Shown here: piece by piece, positions 19,506-28,111 of the stretch
Layout of the letters: the number at the start of each line of letters is the position of its first letter
How positions within the stretch are numbered: position 1 is the first letter of the stretch
Notes under the pieces: generated by a model
The model's database searches: none
What the model was told of the DNA's origin: nothing
What the model saw: the letters and a program-made list of their open reading frames with translations, nothing else
Program-made: the position numbers and the translations under genes
Virus record (IMG/VR): IMGVR_UViG_3300027779_000019
Span: 1 to 64,000 of that record
Length of the DNA stretch: 64,000 bases
Reading direction: 5' to 3' (one strand)
Origin: a virus

Positions 19506-20036
19506 ATGAATATATTTGCTACCGACCGTAGCCCTACTGTCGCGGCTCGAAATCTTTGCGATAAACATATCAATAAGATGATTGTCGAATCGGCTCAAAT
19601 GCTGGCTAATGCCTTTCCGCTTGAGAGATTAGCTGAATCAGATTGCCCCCGAAGCCAGAAGGGTTCGATCCGAAAGCATGGATACCCAAAGCATCCATGT
19701 ACCCTTTGGGGTTATAGGACTAGAGGCAATATGGAGTGGTTAATAGAACACGCAATGGAGATGGGCAGGGAGCGTAACTATAGGTGGAGGGACAAACCAG
19801 AGCATTTCTCATCGCAGTTCGTTGCTTGGAGCTACATGGCCATTAACGATTCACTTGCCCCAAGAGGAGACTTGACTGAATTTACTACTGCTATTTCGGA
19901 AGATAAGACTTGTCGAAACATAGATGGATTTGATAACCTTTCGCCAGTTCGTAAATATCGTCTTTACTATAAACACGATAAACCTTTTGTGAGTTGGACT
20001 AAACGAGCGAAGCCTTCATGGTTTGGTTTGGAATAA
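19506..20036 (+). CDS. Pyrimidine-dimer DNA glycosylase / T4 endonuclease V-like
   Basis: MNIF..D.SP..AA..LCDKH..KMIVESAQML, HPCT.W, YR.YY. Confidence 0.8.
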   Translation: MNIFATDRSPTVAARNLCDKHINKMIVESAQMLANAFPLERLAESDCPRSQKGSIRKHGYPKHPCTLWGYRTRGNMEWLIEHAMEMGRERNYRWRDKPEHFSSQFVAWSYMAINDSLAPRGDLTEFTTAISEDKTCRNIDGFDNLSPVRKYRLYYKHDKPFVSWTKRAKPSWFGLE

Positions 20037-20239
20037 ACGATTAGGCATTTGGAACATAGACTACCAGTCATTATGGATTTAATTACATTAAAATATATGA
20101 AAGGCAGAAAAAGTGGGAGATGTTATAGTTTGGTTAGGTATTTTTGTTTTTTGTTATTCTCTCTATTCTTCTTTGGCAGAAGCTAGGGAGATAGACAAGA
20201 ATAACGACGATTGGTAAGATTCTTTAGGTTTCTTGCTAT

Positions 20240-20995
20240 TTCATGCTATTGCCTACCCATCTTCCCCCCTCTTCCCCCCACACAATAAACCAAACACAAA
20301 CAAAGCAATATAAACAAGTACATTGTTTCTTATCTTCTTATTAGAATGATATTATAGGTAGTGTCGAATTTATTTCTATAAATAAGGGTTTTCATTTGAT
20401 TATTTAGAATAACTAATCTATTGAGGTTTTTTGCAATTACTACTATCTACTATACTGTATTTGTGAATGCGAATGATCAAAATATAAAGAAGAAAAATAC
20501 AAACAAAGTAAGCCGCCAAATAAATTCATTTAAATATATCAAATACATTCCAAATATTTTCATTTAAATATATGGCAGCTTTCATTTATTTTCATTTATT
20601 TATATGGGGCTATTTGTGAGCGACTTTGCTCGAAATATAGTAGTGCCAAAAATGAACAAGTCGGCCCGAAATAACCTACAGCTAGATATACAAAGTACAT
20701 ACAACAAAATACAAGCCTGATATATTTTCATTTAAATATATAAGGGGCCAAAAACTAACGATATTTAGCCAAATAACCCGCCTAGAAGCATCTATTTTTT
20801 CAACTGTTAAAACAATGACATTTTAGCAGGAAGATAACTATGTTAAACTGTCAGTTGATTGATAGATTTACATACTTCTTATTTAGAATTATTCTAATTA
20901 CAATCTCAATACAATAACACGATAATATAAGTAGATTCACCGCCGATATATTTTCATTTAAATATTTAAGAGAGTTGAAATTCATTTAATTATTT
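20240..20995. repeat. AT-rich non-coding region with direct TTCATTT(AAATAT) repeats; candidate replication origin
   Basis: Copies at 20391, 20525, 20559, 20581, 20591, 20727, 20953, 20981; no ORF >=60 aa. Confidence 0.55.
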
Positions 20996-20997
20996 GA

Positions 20998-21026
20998 TTG
21001 ACATTTAGCCAGAAGTATGGTATGCT
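20998..21026 (+). promoter_or_regulatory. Sigma70-type promoter
   Basis: TTGACA-17-TATGCT with TG. Confidence 0.7.
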
Positions 21027-21036
21027 CTTTCTTGAC

Positions 21037-21291
21037 ATGGCGGGAACAAGCAAATCTGGAAAAACAAAAGGCGCGGGATCGTTCGTAAGAATCTCTCTCT
21101 GCGAGTTGAACAGATGCCTCAAACCAGAAGCATCAGTTATAGTCAATCGCAGATACGTCGAAGCATTAAACATGGAAGCGTCCTCGTTCCAAGCAAACAC
21201 CATCGCCTTGAAGAACGTAGTGAAGCATTCAGCAGTTGCCACTATAGACGAAAAGGAGAAGATTCAAGTAGAAGTAAAAACTGACTGGTAA
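21037..21291 (+). CDS. Hypothetical protein
   Basis: ATG 10 nt after -10; upstream of ruvB-like gene. Confidence 0.6.
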   Translation: MAGTSKSGKTKGAGSFVRISLCELNRCLKPEASVIVNRRYVEALNMEASSFQANTIALKNVVKHSAVATIDEKEKIQVEVKTDW

Positions 21292-21315
21292 AACTTAACT
21301 AAATACAAAAAAACT

Positions 21316-22290
21316 ATGGCTACCACCACACTAATCGAAAAATTGTTCCCGAATATCGTCGGGCAGACAGCGGCAAAAGGAAAAATGCGATTCTATATCG
21401 AAGGGCATTCCGCAAGCAATATGATCCCCCACATGATGCTTGTCGCACCCAAAGGGTGCGGCAAGACCACTATGGCAGAGGCATTCGGACGGAACCTAGT
21501 TCAGAAAGGCGAGATCAAGCAGAAGCCTTGGTTGAGCATAAACTGTTCTTCGATTAAGAACTTGGAGCAATTCTTCGACCAGATAGTAATGCCTCACTTG
21601 ATGGATAAAGATATAACATTTATGATGGATGAATGTCACATGATTCCCAATGATGTTCAAAACGCGCTTCTGACGGTTCTTAACCCCAACCCATCGCATA
21701 CCAATACGTTTTCTTTTGGTGAGTTCGATTGGAATGTTGATTTTAAGCGCATTTCTTTTATCTTCGCAACTACCGAATCGCAGAAGATGGCATCACCGCT
21801 AATGGACAGATGCGAGCGCATCGACTTGGAGGAATACTCTAACGAGGAACTTGCAGAAATTGTCAAACTTAATACGAAGGTTGTATTTAAGCAGAATATC
21901 CTTGACGATATATCAACTACGCTTCGCGGCAATGCGCGGGGAGCGCAGAAAATGGCAACCAACATCGACATATACTGTAAGAAGAATGTTAAGAAGGTCT
22001 TCCAAAGGAATGATTGGAAACGGTTAACGAACGCTTTGGACATTATGCCGTTGGGACTGCACCGCATGGAGATGAGGGTTCTCCGTACCCTGTCAGAGCA
22101 ACCGTTCACTAGGTTGGGCAGTCTGGCGGCGAAGTTAGGGATGAACAGGACGGTCATCCAGCGCGACTTCGAGATGTTCCTTGCGAAGAATGGGCTTTTC
22201 GACGTTGATCCGCTTGGCCGACAACTGACCAAGAAGGGGCTGGAACTTCTTTCCACCTACGACAAGAACAAAGACAAGACTACTAAATGA
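21316..22290 (+). CDS. ruvB: RuvB-like Holliday junction branch-migration AAA+ ATPase
   Basis: IVGQ, APKGCGKTT (Walker A), MDECH (Walker B), ATTE...PLMDR, RGNAR, C-terminal winged helix ending GRQLT. Confidence 0.85.
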   Translation: MATTTLIEKLFPNIVGQTAAKGKMRFYIEGHSASNMIPHMMLVAPKGCGKTTMAEAFGRNLVQKGEIKQKPWLSINCSSIKNLEQFFDQIVMPHLMDKDITFMMDECHMIPNDVQNALLTVLNPNPSHTNTFSFGEFDWNVDFKRISFIFATTESQKMASPLMDRCERIDLEEYSNEELAEIVKLNTKVVFKQNILDDISTTLRGNARGAQKMATNIDIYCKKNVKKVFQRNDWKRLTNALDIMPLGLHRMEMRVLRTLSEQPFTRLGSLAAKLGMNRTVIQRDFEMFLAKNGLFDVDPLGRQLTKKGLELLSTYDKNKDKTTK

Positions 22291-22460
22291 AAATAGACGA
22301 CCATTGGTTGAGGCCGCGAACAAAAGCGGGAACAGAGGAAATGCGGAAAAGGCTCAACGCTATGAGAGAGCTACTGCAAGCAGCAGCCAAGACCGACAGT
22401 ATAGAAACAAAAATAGTTAAAAAAGTATTTGATGAATATTTTACATTTGATTGGGAATGA
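22287..22460 (+). CDS. Small hypothetical protein (57 aa, not in ORF track)
   Basis: ATGA overlap with ruvB stop; MKIDDHW...FTFDWE*. Confidence 0.55.
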   Translation: MKIDDHWLRPRTKAGTEEMRKRLNAMRELLQAAAKTDSIETKIVKKVFDEYFTFDWE

Positions 22461-22476
22461 ATAAAAAAATAAAGTA

Positions 22477-22505
22477 TTGACAAAGCGATAACTTTGTGCT
22501 ATATT
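22477..22505 (+). promoter_or_regulatory. Sigma70-type promoter of a candidate sRNA
   Basis: TTGACA-17-TATATT with TG. Confidence 0.7.
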
Positions 22506-22511
22506 AGTTTG

Positions 22512-22682
22512 TTGGTTGTTTGGTAGACCAAGAATACACGTAAGCTCACGCGTATGGTGTCGGGAGAGACTCTCGAACAAAGGTTATTTTTTAAATGACC
22601 TGCATGAAACAAAGCTGAGCTTACGCGACTCTCTCTCATAACTAGAGTCGGAGACCCCCGCAATGGGGGTCTCTTTTTTTTA
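22512..22682 (+). ncRNA. Candidate structured small RNA (~170 nt)
   Basis: Own promoter and terminator; 10-bp closing stem cgtaagctca/tgagcttacg with two inner hairpins. Confidence 0.5.
22651..22682 (+). terminator. Intrinsic terminator
   Basis: gagacccc-cgcaatg-ggggtctc followed by a T run. Confidence 0.8.
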
Positions 22683-22694
22683 TACATATGCGAT

Positions 22695-22835
22695 CGCCAA
22701 ATAATCAAATAACACCAAATAATGAATGATATATTATCAAATAATTATATAGAAGGCAAATGAAAAATATACGAAATAATGCCAAATAAGAATACAAATA
22801 ATATAAATAACTATAATTGCAATAAACGCTATAAA
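22695..22835 (+). repeat. AT-rich tract of (C)AAATAA direct repeats
   Basis: About eight AAATAA copies, two as GCCAAATAA. Confidence 0.55.
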
Positions 22836-22876
22836 TACAACTCATTGATTACCAAGGACTTACATAGGCCGCCCTC

Positions 22877-22953
22877 CTAAGTCGCTGACTACCAAGGACT
22901 TACGGCCGCCGGGTAGCCCGGGGTGCGTAAACCGTTGATGCTCAATAGTTTAC
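22877..22953. repeat. 77-bp tripartite palindromic element, copy 1 (extra 27-bp arm at 22837-22863)
   Basis: ctaagtcgctgactaccaaggacttac / ccgggtagcccgg core / gtaaaccgttgatgctcaatagtttac. Confidence 0.9.
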
Positions 22954-22979
22954 GACAGCGAGAAAGTTTCATTTAGTGC

Positions 22980-23008
22980 TTGACTTTTAGGCAAAAGTAT
23001 GAGATCAT
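22980..23008 (+). promoter_or_regulatory. Sigma70-type promoter, leaderless
   Basis: TTGACT-17-GATCAT with TG; ATG 6 nt downstream. Confidence 0.65.
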
Positions 23009-23014
23009 ATCCTC

Positions 23015-23287
23015 ATGCGTTACATTAACAGCAACTGCACCTATACCGAAAACCACGTTGAGGGAACCTATACGTTCACAGGGCCGTGTCGTGTCACCGG
23101 AGACGACTATAGCGTCACTATACCGGGGCATGAACTTTGGGATCTAAACCAAGGTAAGCCGATCATGTGCTTGAAATCTCTTGATGCGAGCGACAGAGAG
23201 TTCGTCTTGAGTGGAACAAGCCCCAAAGGGTGGGAGAAGCTTTTTGGTGGAGTAGAAGAGATCGCGAAGTCATTAGTCGCGGAGTAG
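23015..23287 (+). CDS. Hypothetical early protein
   Basis: L.A..REF..SG..P..W...F motif; 3' end overlaps the tRNA. Confidence 0.65.
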   Translation: MRYINSNCTYTENHVEGTYTFTGPCRVTGDDYSVTIPGHELWDLNQGKPIMCLKSLDASDREFVLSGTSPKGWEKLFGGVEEIAKSLVAE

Positions 23288-23351
23288 CCAAGCGGTAAGG
23301 CAGGAGATTGCAAATCTCTTATCGTCGGTTCGATTCCGACCTCCGCGTCCA
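23278..23351 (+). tRNA. trnC: tRNA-Cys (GCA)
   Basis: CGCGGAG/CTCCGCG acceptor, D-arm with GG, anticodon loop TT-GCA-AA, T-loop TTCGATT, U discriminator, encoded CCA. Confidence 0.95.
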
Positions 23352-23361
23352 TATTTAGTGC

Positions 23362-23390
23362 TTGACTTTTGAGTAAAGATGTGATACCAT
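23362..23390 (+). promoter_or_regulatory. Sigma70-type promoter
   Basis: TTGACT-17-TACCAT with TG; AGTT-ATG 10 nt downstream. Confidence 0.7.
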
Positions 23391-23400
23391 ATTTGAAGTT

Positions 23401-23955
23401 ATGAGGGAAAGAGAAGAGCCAAAAGGATTTATTAGCTGGGCAGACGCAGGGCCGCGTAAGGTTGTCGACGGATGTGAGGTAGCGCCGGATCGCGTGAAGG
23501 TTTACTTCAATCTTCAAAAAGACTGCCTTTCGGTAATTGATGCGGAGACTGGACTGCTATACTGTCATGCTCATCGGGTTGAGTTGCGTAATGCCAAGTT
23601 TCGGGTACAGCCAGCAGGTCGGGAGCGAGTCATTCGGGAGAAGCGTAAGAACGTCCACGCTTACATTATCGGTGACTGCCATGACATTGGTGACGTTTCC
23701 AAGGAACGTTTTCGCTTGGTTGATAATGAGTTGTTCGAGAAGTACAGCATCTGTGATTGCGGTGACAAACCATACGACTACTGTGAGGAGTGCGTACCGG
23801 AATCAAGTGATGAGTTTCGCGGAGGGTGTTACAATCCTTATAAGTATAAGACTTTCGTAGACGATGTAGAGAAGACGCCGATCCTCAAGTCAGACAGGGT
23901 GATCGTCAGAGACAAGACGGCGATAGGGTCACATTATAATATATTTTATGTTTGA
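23401..23955 (+). CDS. Conserved phage hypothetical protein
   Basis: VYFNL..SV, F.V..AGRERV.REKRKNVHA, YNPYK..TFV. Confidence 0.75.
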   Translation: MREREEPKGFISWADAGPRKVVDGCEVAPDRVKVYFNLQKDCLSVIDAETGLLYCHAHRVELRNAKFRVQPAGRERVIREKRKNVHAYIIGDCHDIGDVSKERFRLVDNELFEKYSICDCGDKPYDYCEECVPESSDEFRGGCYNPYKYKTFVDDVEKTPILKSDRVIVRDKTAIGSHYNIFYV

Positions 23956-24301
23956 ATTAAACCTATGTTATGAATGCAATGAGGTTATAGAGGGTCGATG
24001 GGATTCTCAAATCGGATTAGGCATCGAGACGGGCGAGTTGAAAGACACTCCTTATAAACACCTTATCTACGATAAGCATATCAAATGCTCTCCTAGTAGA
24101 GCGCAGAGGATCGTTCATAAGAAGTTTTCTCCCGTTATAGACGAGAGGTCGCAGTACGATTGGAGGCCGGAAGCAGACAATACTTGGACGGACGAGATGA
24201 GAGAGAAGTACGAAAAGCTTTATACTGAAGCGTGGGTTAGTCTTCAGTTGAAATTTAACCCTACATGGAGAAACAATTATGCAAAACACTGTAAAAACTG
24301 A
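23948..24301 (+). CDS. Hypothetical protein
   Basis: CYEC...HIKC; coupled ORF. Confidence 0.6.
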   Translation: MFELNLCYECNEVIEGRWDSQIGLGIETGELKDTPYKHLIYDKHIKCSPSRAQRIVHKKFSPVIDERSQYDWRPEADNTWTDEMREKYEKLYTEAWVSLQLKFNPTWRNNYAKHCKN

Positions 24302-24590
24302 GATCAAACCTTCCAAAGACTGGAATGGGTTTAATTTTGTGTTCTCAAATGGATGGGGACTCTCCATCCAACAGAGCGAACATCATTACTGTAAGGTCGG
24401 CAAGACGGCAGAGGTCGCTATCTTTGACCCCGAAGGGAATTGGCTCGCTTACGACGAAAAAACCAATTCAGTCGATGTCTTGCTAAATGCAGATACTCAC
24501 GTTAATGGGTGGTTGGATGCTGACGCTATTGCTAAGCTTTTTGCTATACTTTCGCAGAAAGAGGTTGACATTATAGCAGAAGTGTGTTAG
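24279..24590 (+). CDS. Conserved phage hypothetical protein
   Basis: F.F.NGW.LS, AEVA, V.GW motif. Confidence 0.65.
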   Translation: MQNTVKTEIKPSKDWNGFNFVFSNGWGLSIQQSEHHYCKVGKTAEVAIFDPEGNWLAYDEKTNSVDVLLNADTHVNGWLDADAIAKLFAILSQKEVDIIAEVC

Positions 24591-24593
24591 ACT
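24565..24593 (+). promoter_or_regulatory. Sigma70-type promoter with no nearby start codon
   Basis: TTGACA-17-TAGACT with TG. Confidence 0.7.
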
Positions 24594-24596
24594 ACT

Positions 24597-25030
24597 TATC
24601 TTCCGTTAAGGGAGGATGTCATAGTTAAGGTTATTGAAAAGGGAGTCTGGCAGGGCGGACTTAAAAGATTAGGGTAGGAATACAATGCTAATCAACCCCT
24701 GACACTTTCTAAAAGCTCTTTGAGCTTTTTAATTGTTCTTTGATTTTGAGTTGGCGGAGTTAAATACCCCTGTGTGTTTGTTCTGACGGTGCAGACACAC
24801 GCCCGCTTTACTGTTGGTGGTGCGACAGCAACTCATTTAATTTTCTCGCTCGACGGAGTGGGATCGGTGTGACGGAATAATCCCTCCCAAAGGGGTAACG
24901 TAGCGACTGCGACAAGTACGGAGACCAATCGGTTGAGGAATCTCGTGGGTGAGTCCGAAGTAAGTAGATCTGAAACATTTGTTTTCTGGGTACTGAAAAG
25001 GTGCGGGTACACAAATACTCCCGCCACCAT
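24597..25030 (+). ncRNA. Candidate structured ncRNA locus (possibly 2-3 RNAs) with boxB/boxA-like element
   Basis: About 430 nt of elevated GC with many stems; hairpin + TGTTCTTTGA at 24711-24743; ends ...cccgccacca. Confidence 0.5.
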
Positions 25031-25040
25031 TTTATTTAAT

Positions 25041-25349
25041 ATGAAGGTAAGTAATTCGGAGATACTGCTTGAGTCAAAGTTGACCCATGATAAGTTACTA
25101 GAGGCATTCAGAGAAAAGAAAGTGAAAACTAAACATTTAAAGCAAAAGGCTGACAAAAAGAAAGCAGCCAAGAAGACTCGCGCAATTAAGCGAGCAGATG
25201 CAGATAAGCTGGATGCGTTGCGCAAAGACTTTACGCGTAAGATAGAATATAGTTTAGGGCACATCGTCCAAACCAATGCCAAAAACTGTGAAGCGGTATC
25301 CTTCTTAAAGAGTAAGATGAAAAAGATACGTCAGGCAATTTCAGAATAG
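25041..25349 (+). CDS. Basic hypothetical protein
   Basis: Lys-rich ORF from ATG 25041. Confidence 0.55.
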   Translation: MKVSNSEILLESKLTHDKLLEAFREKKVKTKHLKQKADKKKAAKKTRAIKRADADKLDALRKDFTRKIEYSLGHIVQTNAKNCEAVSFLKSKMKKIRQAISE

Positions 25350-25498
25350 TATTATACTTTATGAGGCAAGAAACAAAAGAACAGCGTTGGGCCACAGACT
25401 ACAAAAAGAAAATGGCAAAGATGAGCAAAAGCGTAGACCCAAAAGTGTGGGACTATATTTACGGCTCCAAATAATCCTCCTAGAGCTATTATAGTTCG

Positions 25499-25536
25499 CC
25501 TCCTTTCTGCGCACGAGTAGGAAGGGGGTTTTTTTT
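25499..25536 (+). terminator. Intrinsic terminator
   Basis: cctcctttctgc...gtaggaaggggg followed by T8. Confidence 0.6.
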
Positions 25537-25541
25537 GCGCC

Positions 25542-25619
25542 CTAAAGTACTGACAGTTAAGCACTTACGGGGCGGCGGCTGCGGGCGGCGGCGTAAGTCC
25601 TTGGTACTCAGTGACTTAC
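25542..25619. repeat. 77-bp tripartite palindromic element, copy 2
   Basis: ctaaagtactgacagttaagcacttac / GC core / gtaagtccttggtactcagtgacttac. Confidence 0.85.
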
Positions 25620-25646
25620 GTACGTAAAGTTTTATTCTTTTTTTGC

Positions 25647-25675
25647 TTGACTTTTTAGGTAAAGTGTGGCATAAT
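25647..25675 (+). promoter_or_regulatory. Sigma70-type promoter, leaderless
   Basis: TTGACT-17-CATAAT with TG; ATG 6 nt downstream. Confidence 0.7.
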
Positions 25676-25681
25676 ACTCTC

Positions 25682-25873
25682 ATGGAAATTGAGAACGTTA
25701 AGGAGTGTGTCGAGAGCGCAATGTCGGACTTCTTTTTTGGTGAAGGCTATATTGACGGCGGCGTTGCTTACGCTATTTGCACTAGGGAAGATATGAACGG
25801 CAGGAGCCAGATGACAGAACTTCAGGAAACTATAACTGAAAGAATTATTAACTTTAACAAAGAAAAGGATTGA
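25682..25873 (+). CDS. Hypothetical early protein
   Basis: Leaderless ATG after promoter. Confidence 0.55.
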   Translation: MEIENVKECVESAMSDFFFGEGYIDGGVAYAICTREDMNGRSQMTELQETITERIINFNKEKD

Positions 25874-25898
25874 CATTTAAGCAAAAGTATGATAGACT
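25870..25898 (+). promoter_or_regulatory. Sigma70-type promoter
   Basis: TTGACA-17-TAGACT with TG; leader begins GAGTGAGAGA. Confidence 0.7.
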
Positions 25899-25949
25899 AT
25901 ATTCTTTGAGTGAGAGAACTATATAACAAAAAACTAAACTAAAAAACAT

Positions 25950-26852
25950 ATGGCAAGAACAACTAGACCCACATCAGACAACTACTCCTTCGGCGTACAG
26001 CACACGGCCCTCAAAGCCTCTGACGGTACACCTTCGGGATGGTTTGGAATACAGCGCACCGACAACAACAAAGTTATAGGTGTTAGCTCGGAAAAGTACG
26101 GTATCGTCAAAAACGATGACGTTATAGGAGCCGTCAAGGAGGCGTTAGGAGAGCATCAATCGACTCTTGGAGAATACGAGGAGGAAATCAGCTGCGTGCG
26201 TGATGGTTCGCGTATGTACGGAGGTTTTACCTTTAAGGACTACAAACGTGACCACAAGGACGGTGGTCAGTACGAAAAAGGCGATTACATGGGAATGAAG
26301 TTGACGGTCAATAACTCCTATGACCGCACTTGTCGGGTGTCTCTATCGGTTGGAATGCTTCGCTTGGTTTGCACCAACGGCATGACCTCGCTAGAGCAGG
26401 AACAGTCTATGACTCGCAAGCATTCTCTGCAAGTGGACATTTCTTTCATTCGTGACGCAATCTCTGGCTGCATTGAAAAGTTCGAGTCATCGGTTGACCA
26501 TCTTGGTAGACTGTCAAAGGTTTCCTTGACACAAGACCAAGGCACGAACATATTGAAGAACCTTACCGATAAGAAGATTATATCGGAAGTCGTTCGCGCT
26601 GGTGTCGCTAGTATTTGGGCGAATCCATCCTACGATCAGGACAAACCTCGAAACTTGTATACCTTGTATAACGCATCGACGCAGTACCTCACGCATGATC
26701 CCAACCCTTCTGCTCGGCTTGAGTATTCCAGCAGGGTGGACAAGGTGTTGCTGGGCAAGTTCAGCGAAATGAGTTCGATCCCCAGCAAGTTCAACCTGTT
26801 ATCGGCCAAGCCGAAAGAAAAGAAGCAGGAACAAATTGTCGTTGCTGTCTAA
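25950..26852 (+). CDS. DUF932/DUF945 family phage/plasmid protein
   Basis: RTD...IG.VS.KY.IV.N, NSYDR, RLVCTNGM, RKH, LYTLYNA.T..LTH. Confidence 0.85.
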   Translation: MARTTRPTSDNYSFGVQHTALKASDGTPSGWFGIQRTDNNKVIGVSSEKYGIVKNDDVIGAVKEALGEHQSTLGEYEEEISCVRDGSRMYGGFTFKDYKRDHKDGGQYEKGDYMGMKLTVNNSYDRTCRVSLSVGMLRLVCTNGMTSLEQEQSMTRKHSLQVDISFIRDAISGCIEKFESSVDHLGRLSKVSLTQDQGTNILKNLTDKKIISEVVRAGVASIWANPSYDQDKPRNLYTLYNASTQYLTHDPNPSARLEYSSRVDKVLLGKFSEMSSIPSKFNLLSAKPKEKKQEQIVVAV

Positions 26853-26935
26853 CCCAGCAATGCCTCACGCCCCGTCGAAGGCTTAATCTTTCTCCTTCGG
26901 CGGGGTCACTTTAATATATAAAAAATAAAATATAA

Positions 26936-27187
26936 ATGAGCAAATATATAAATTCCCCAAAACGAAAATATTCCGTAACACACTTTGACATGAAGGCAAG
27001 GGGCAGCTTCGCCCTTGGAGATAAGCAGCTCCAAGGCCCCATCGAAATAGAGAGGGTACAAATAGCATGGCAACCCGACGAGCAAACGAGCCACGCGCTA
27101 TTATTTGAAAATCCCAATCATATAAATTTGATTCCGCTGATATTAGAAGAGGCGGGGTACGAGCTATCAGAAGATTCCGTGTTCTAA
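26936..27187 (+). CDS. Hypothetical protein
   Basis: 83 aa; stop codon lies inside repeat copy 3. Confidence 0.55.
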   Translation: MSKYINSPKRKYSVTHFDMKARGSFALGDKQLQGPIEIERVQIAWQPDEQTSHALLFENPNHINLIPLILEEAGYELSEDSVF

Positions 27188-27259
27188 GTCGTTGACTATC
27201 AGGGACTTACGCGCGCCGGGCTGCCCGCGGCCGTAAACCCTTGGGCATCAATGACTTAA
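27184..27259. repeat. 77-bp tripartite palindromic element, copy 3
   Basis: ctaagtcgttgactatcagggacttac / cgggctgcccg / gtaaacccttgggcatcaatgacttaa. Confidence 0.9.
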
Positions 27260-27327
27260 GGCCAAGAGAAAATTACAAAAAAACTATAATAGGATAATCA
27301 GAGGGCCTAAAAAGTTATTCTTTTTGC

Positions 27328-27356
27328 TTGACTATTAGCCGAAGCTGTGCTATACT
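27328..27356 (+). promoter_or_regulatory. Sigma70-type promoter
   Basis: TTGACT-17-TATACT with TG. Confidence 0.75.
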
Positions 27357-27363
27357 TTCGGGA

Positions 27364-28008
27364 GTGATTGCAAAAAAGAAAATGACAATAAAACAGGCTC
27401 AAGGGTTGGTCGGTTCGTTATCGACACCATCGAAAATGCCCGGCTTTGGATACAGCACACCGGCAGAAGATTGCGTTACAGGCTCAAAACTGGTTCAGGT
27501 AGTGAATTCTATTTGTTCGTTTTGCTATGCTAGAAAAGGCCGTTACGTTTTCCCAAACGTAATTGCAGCAATGAAAAAACGACTTGCCGCATTGCGTCAA
27601 TTGAATTGGGTGGACGTGATGACCTTCCTAATTGAAAAAAGGGAAAAGAGTGGCTTTTTTCGCTGGCACGATAGCGGAGACGTTCAAGGCGTTTGGCATC
27701 TCGAAAAGATCGCAGAAGTTGCAAGGCGATTGCCCAACATTAAATTTTGGCTGCCGACGAGAGAGTATGGCTTTGTGCGCGAATGGATGAGCTTGGGCAT
27801 CAAGCCGGACAATCTGACTATCCGCTTGTCGGCTTACATGATGGACGGCGCACCACCAGCCACGTTAGCCAAAAAGCTCGGCTTGACGACCAGCGGGGTT
27901 GTTCGTGACGGATTCAGTTGCCCAGCATCTGACCAAGGCAATGAATGCAAAGAGTGCCGCGCTTGCTGGGACGAGACGGTGGAAAATATAAACTATAAGA
28001 AGCACTAA
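27364..28008 (+). CDS. Gp88-family phage protein (Cys-rich, radical-SAM-like)
   Basis: LS.PSKMP, C..GSKL...C..CYA.KG, FRWHDSGD, FWLPTRE, NL.IRLS, C..CRACW. Confidence 0.8.
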   Translation: MIAKKKMTIKQAQGLVGSLSTPSKMPGFGYSTPAEDCVTGSKLVQVVNSICSFCYARKGRYVFPNVIAAMKKRLAALRQLNWVDVMTFLIEKREKSGFFRWHDSGDVQGVWHLEKIAEVARRLPNIKFWLPTREYGFVREWMSLGIKPDNLTIRLSAYMMDGAPPATLAKKLGLTTSGVVRDGFSCPASDQGNECKECRACWDETVENINYKKH

Positions 28009-28012
28009 AAGC

Positions 28013-28040
28013 TTGACTTTATTGGGAATTGTGATATACT
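28013..28040 (+). promoter_or_regulatory. Sigma70-type promoter
   Basis: TTGACT-16-TATACT with TG. Confidence 0.7.
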
Positions 28041-28111
28041 CCTTTGTGAATGGAGATGCCATTACTACTGATACTAGCGGTCATTGTAACCTACCTACAA
28101 CAAAAAACAGA

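Noticed and set aside
23278-23351. tRNA as a prophage attachment site
   Set aside because: No duplicated tRNA 3' end or integrase seen; phage-type genes and promoters on both sides.
22512-25030. Hammerhead ribozyme, tmRNA or RNase P identity for the structured RNAs
   Set aside because: I could not find the CUGANGA/GAAA core, a canonical T-loop with tag frame, or RNase P P4 motifs; left unassigned.
25361-25474. Possible frameshifted mini-gene (MRQETKEQRWA / RLQKEMAKMSKSVDPKVWDYIYGSK)
   Set aside because: Too short to support without homologues or reads.
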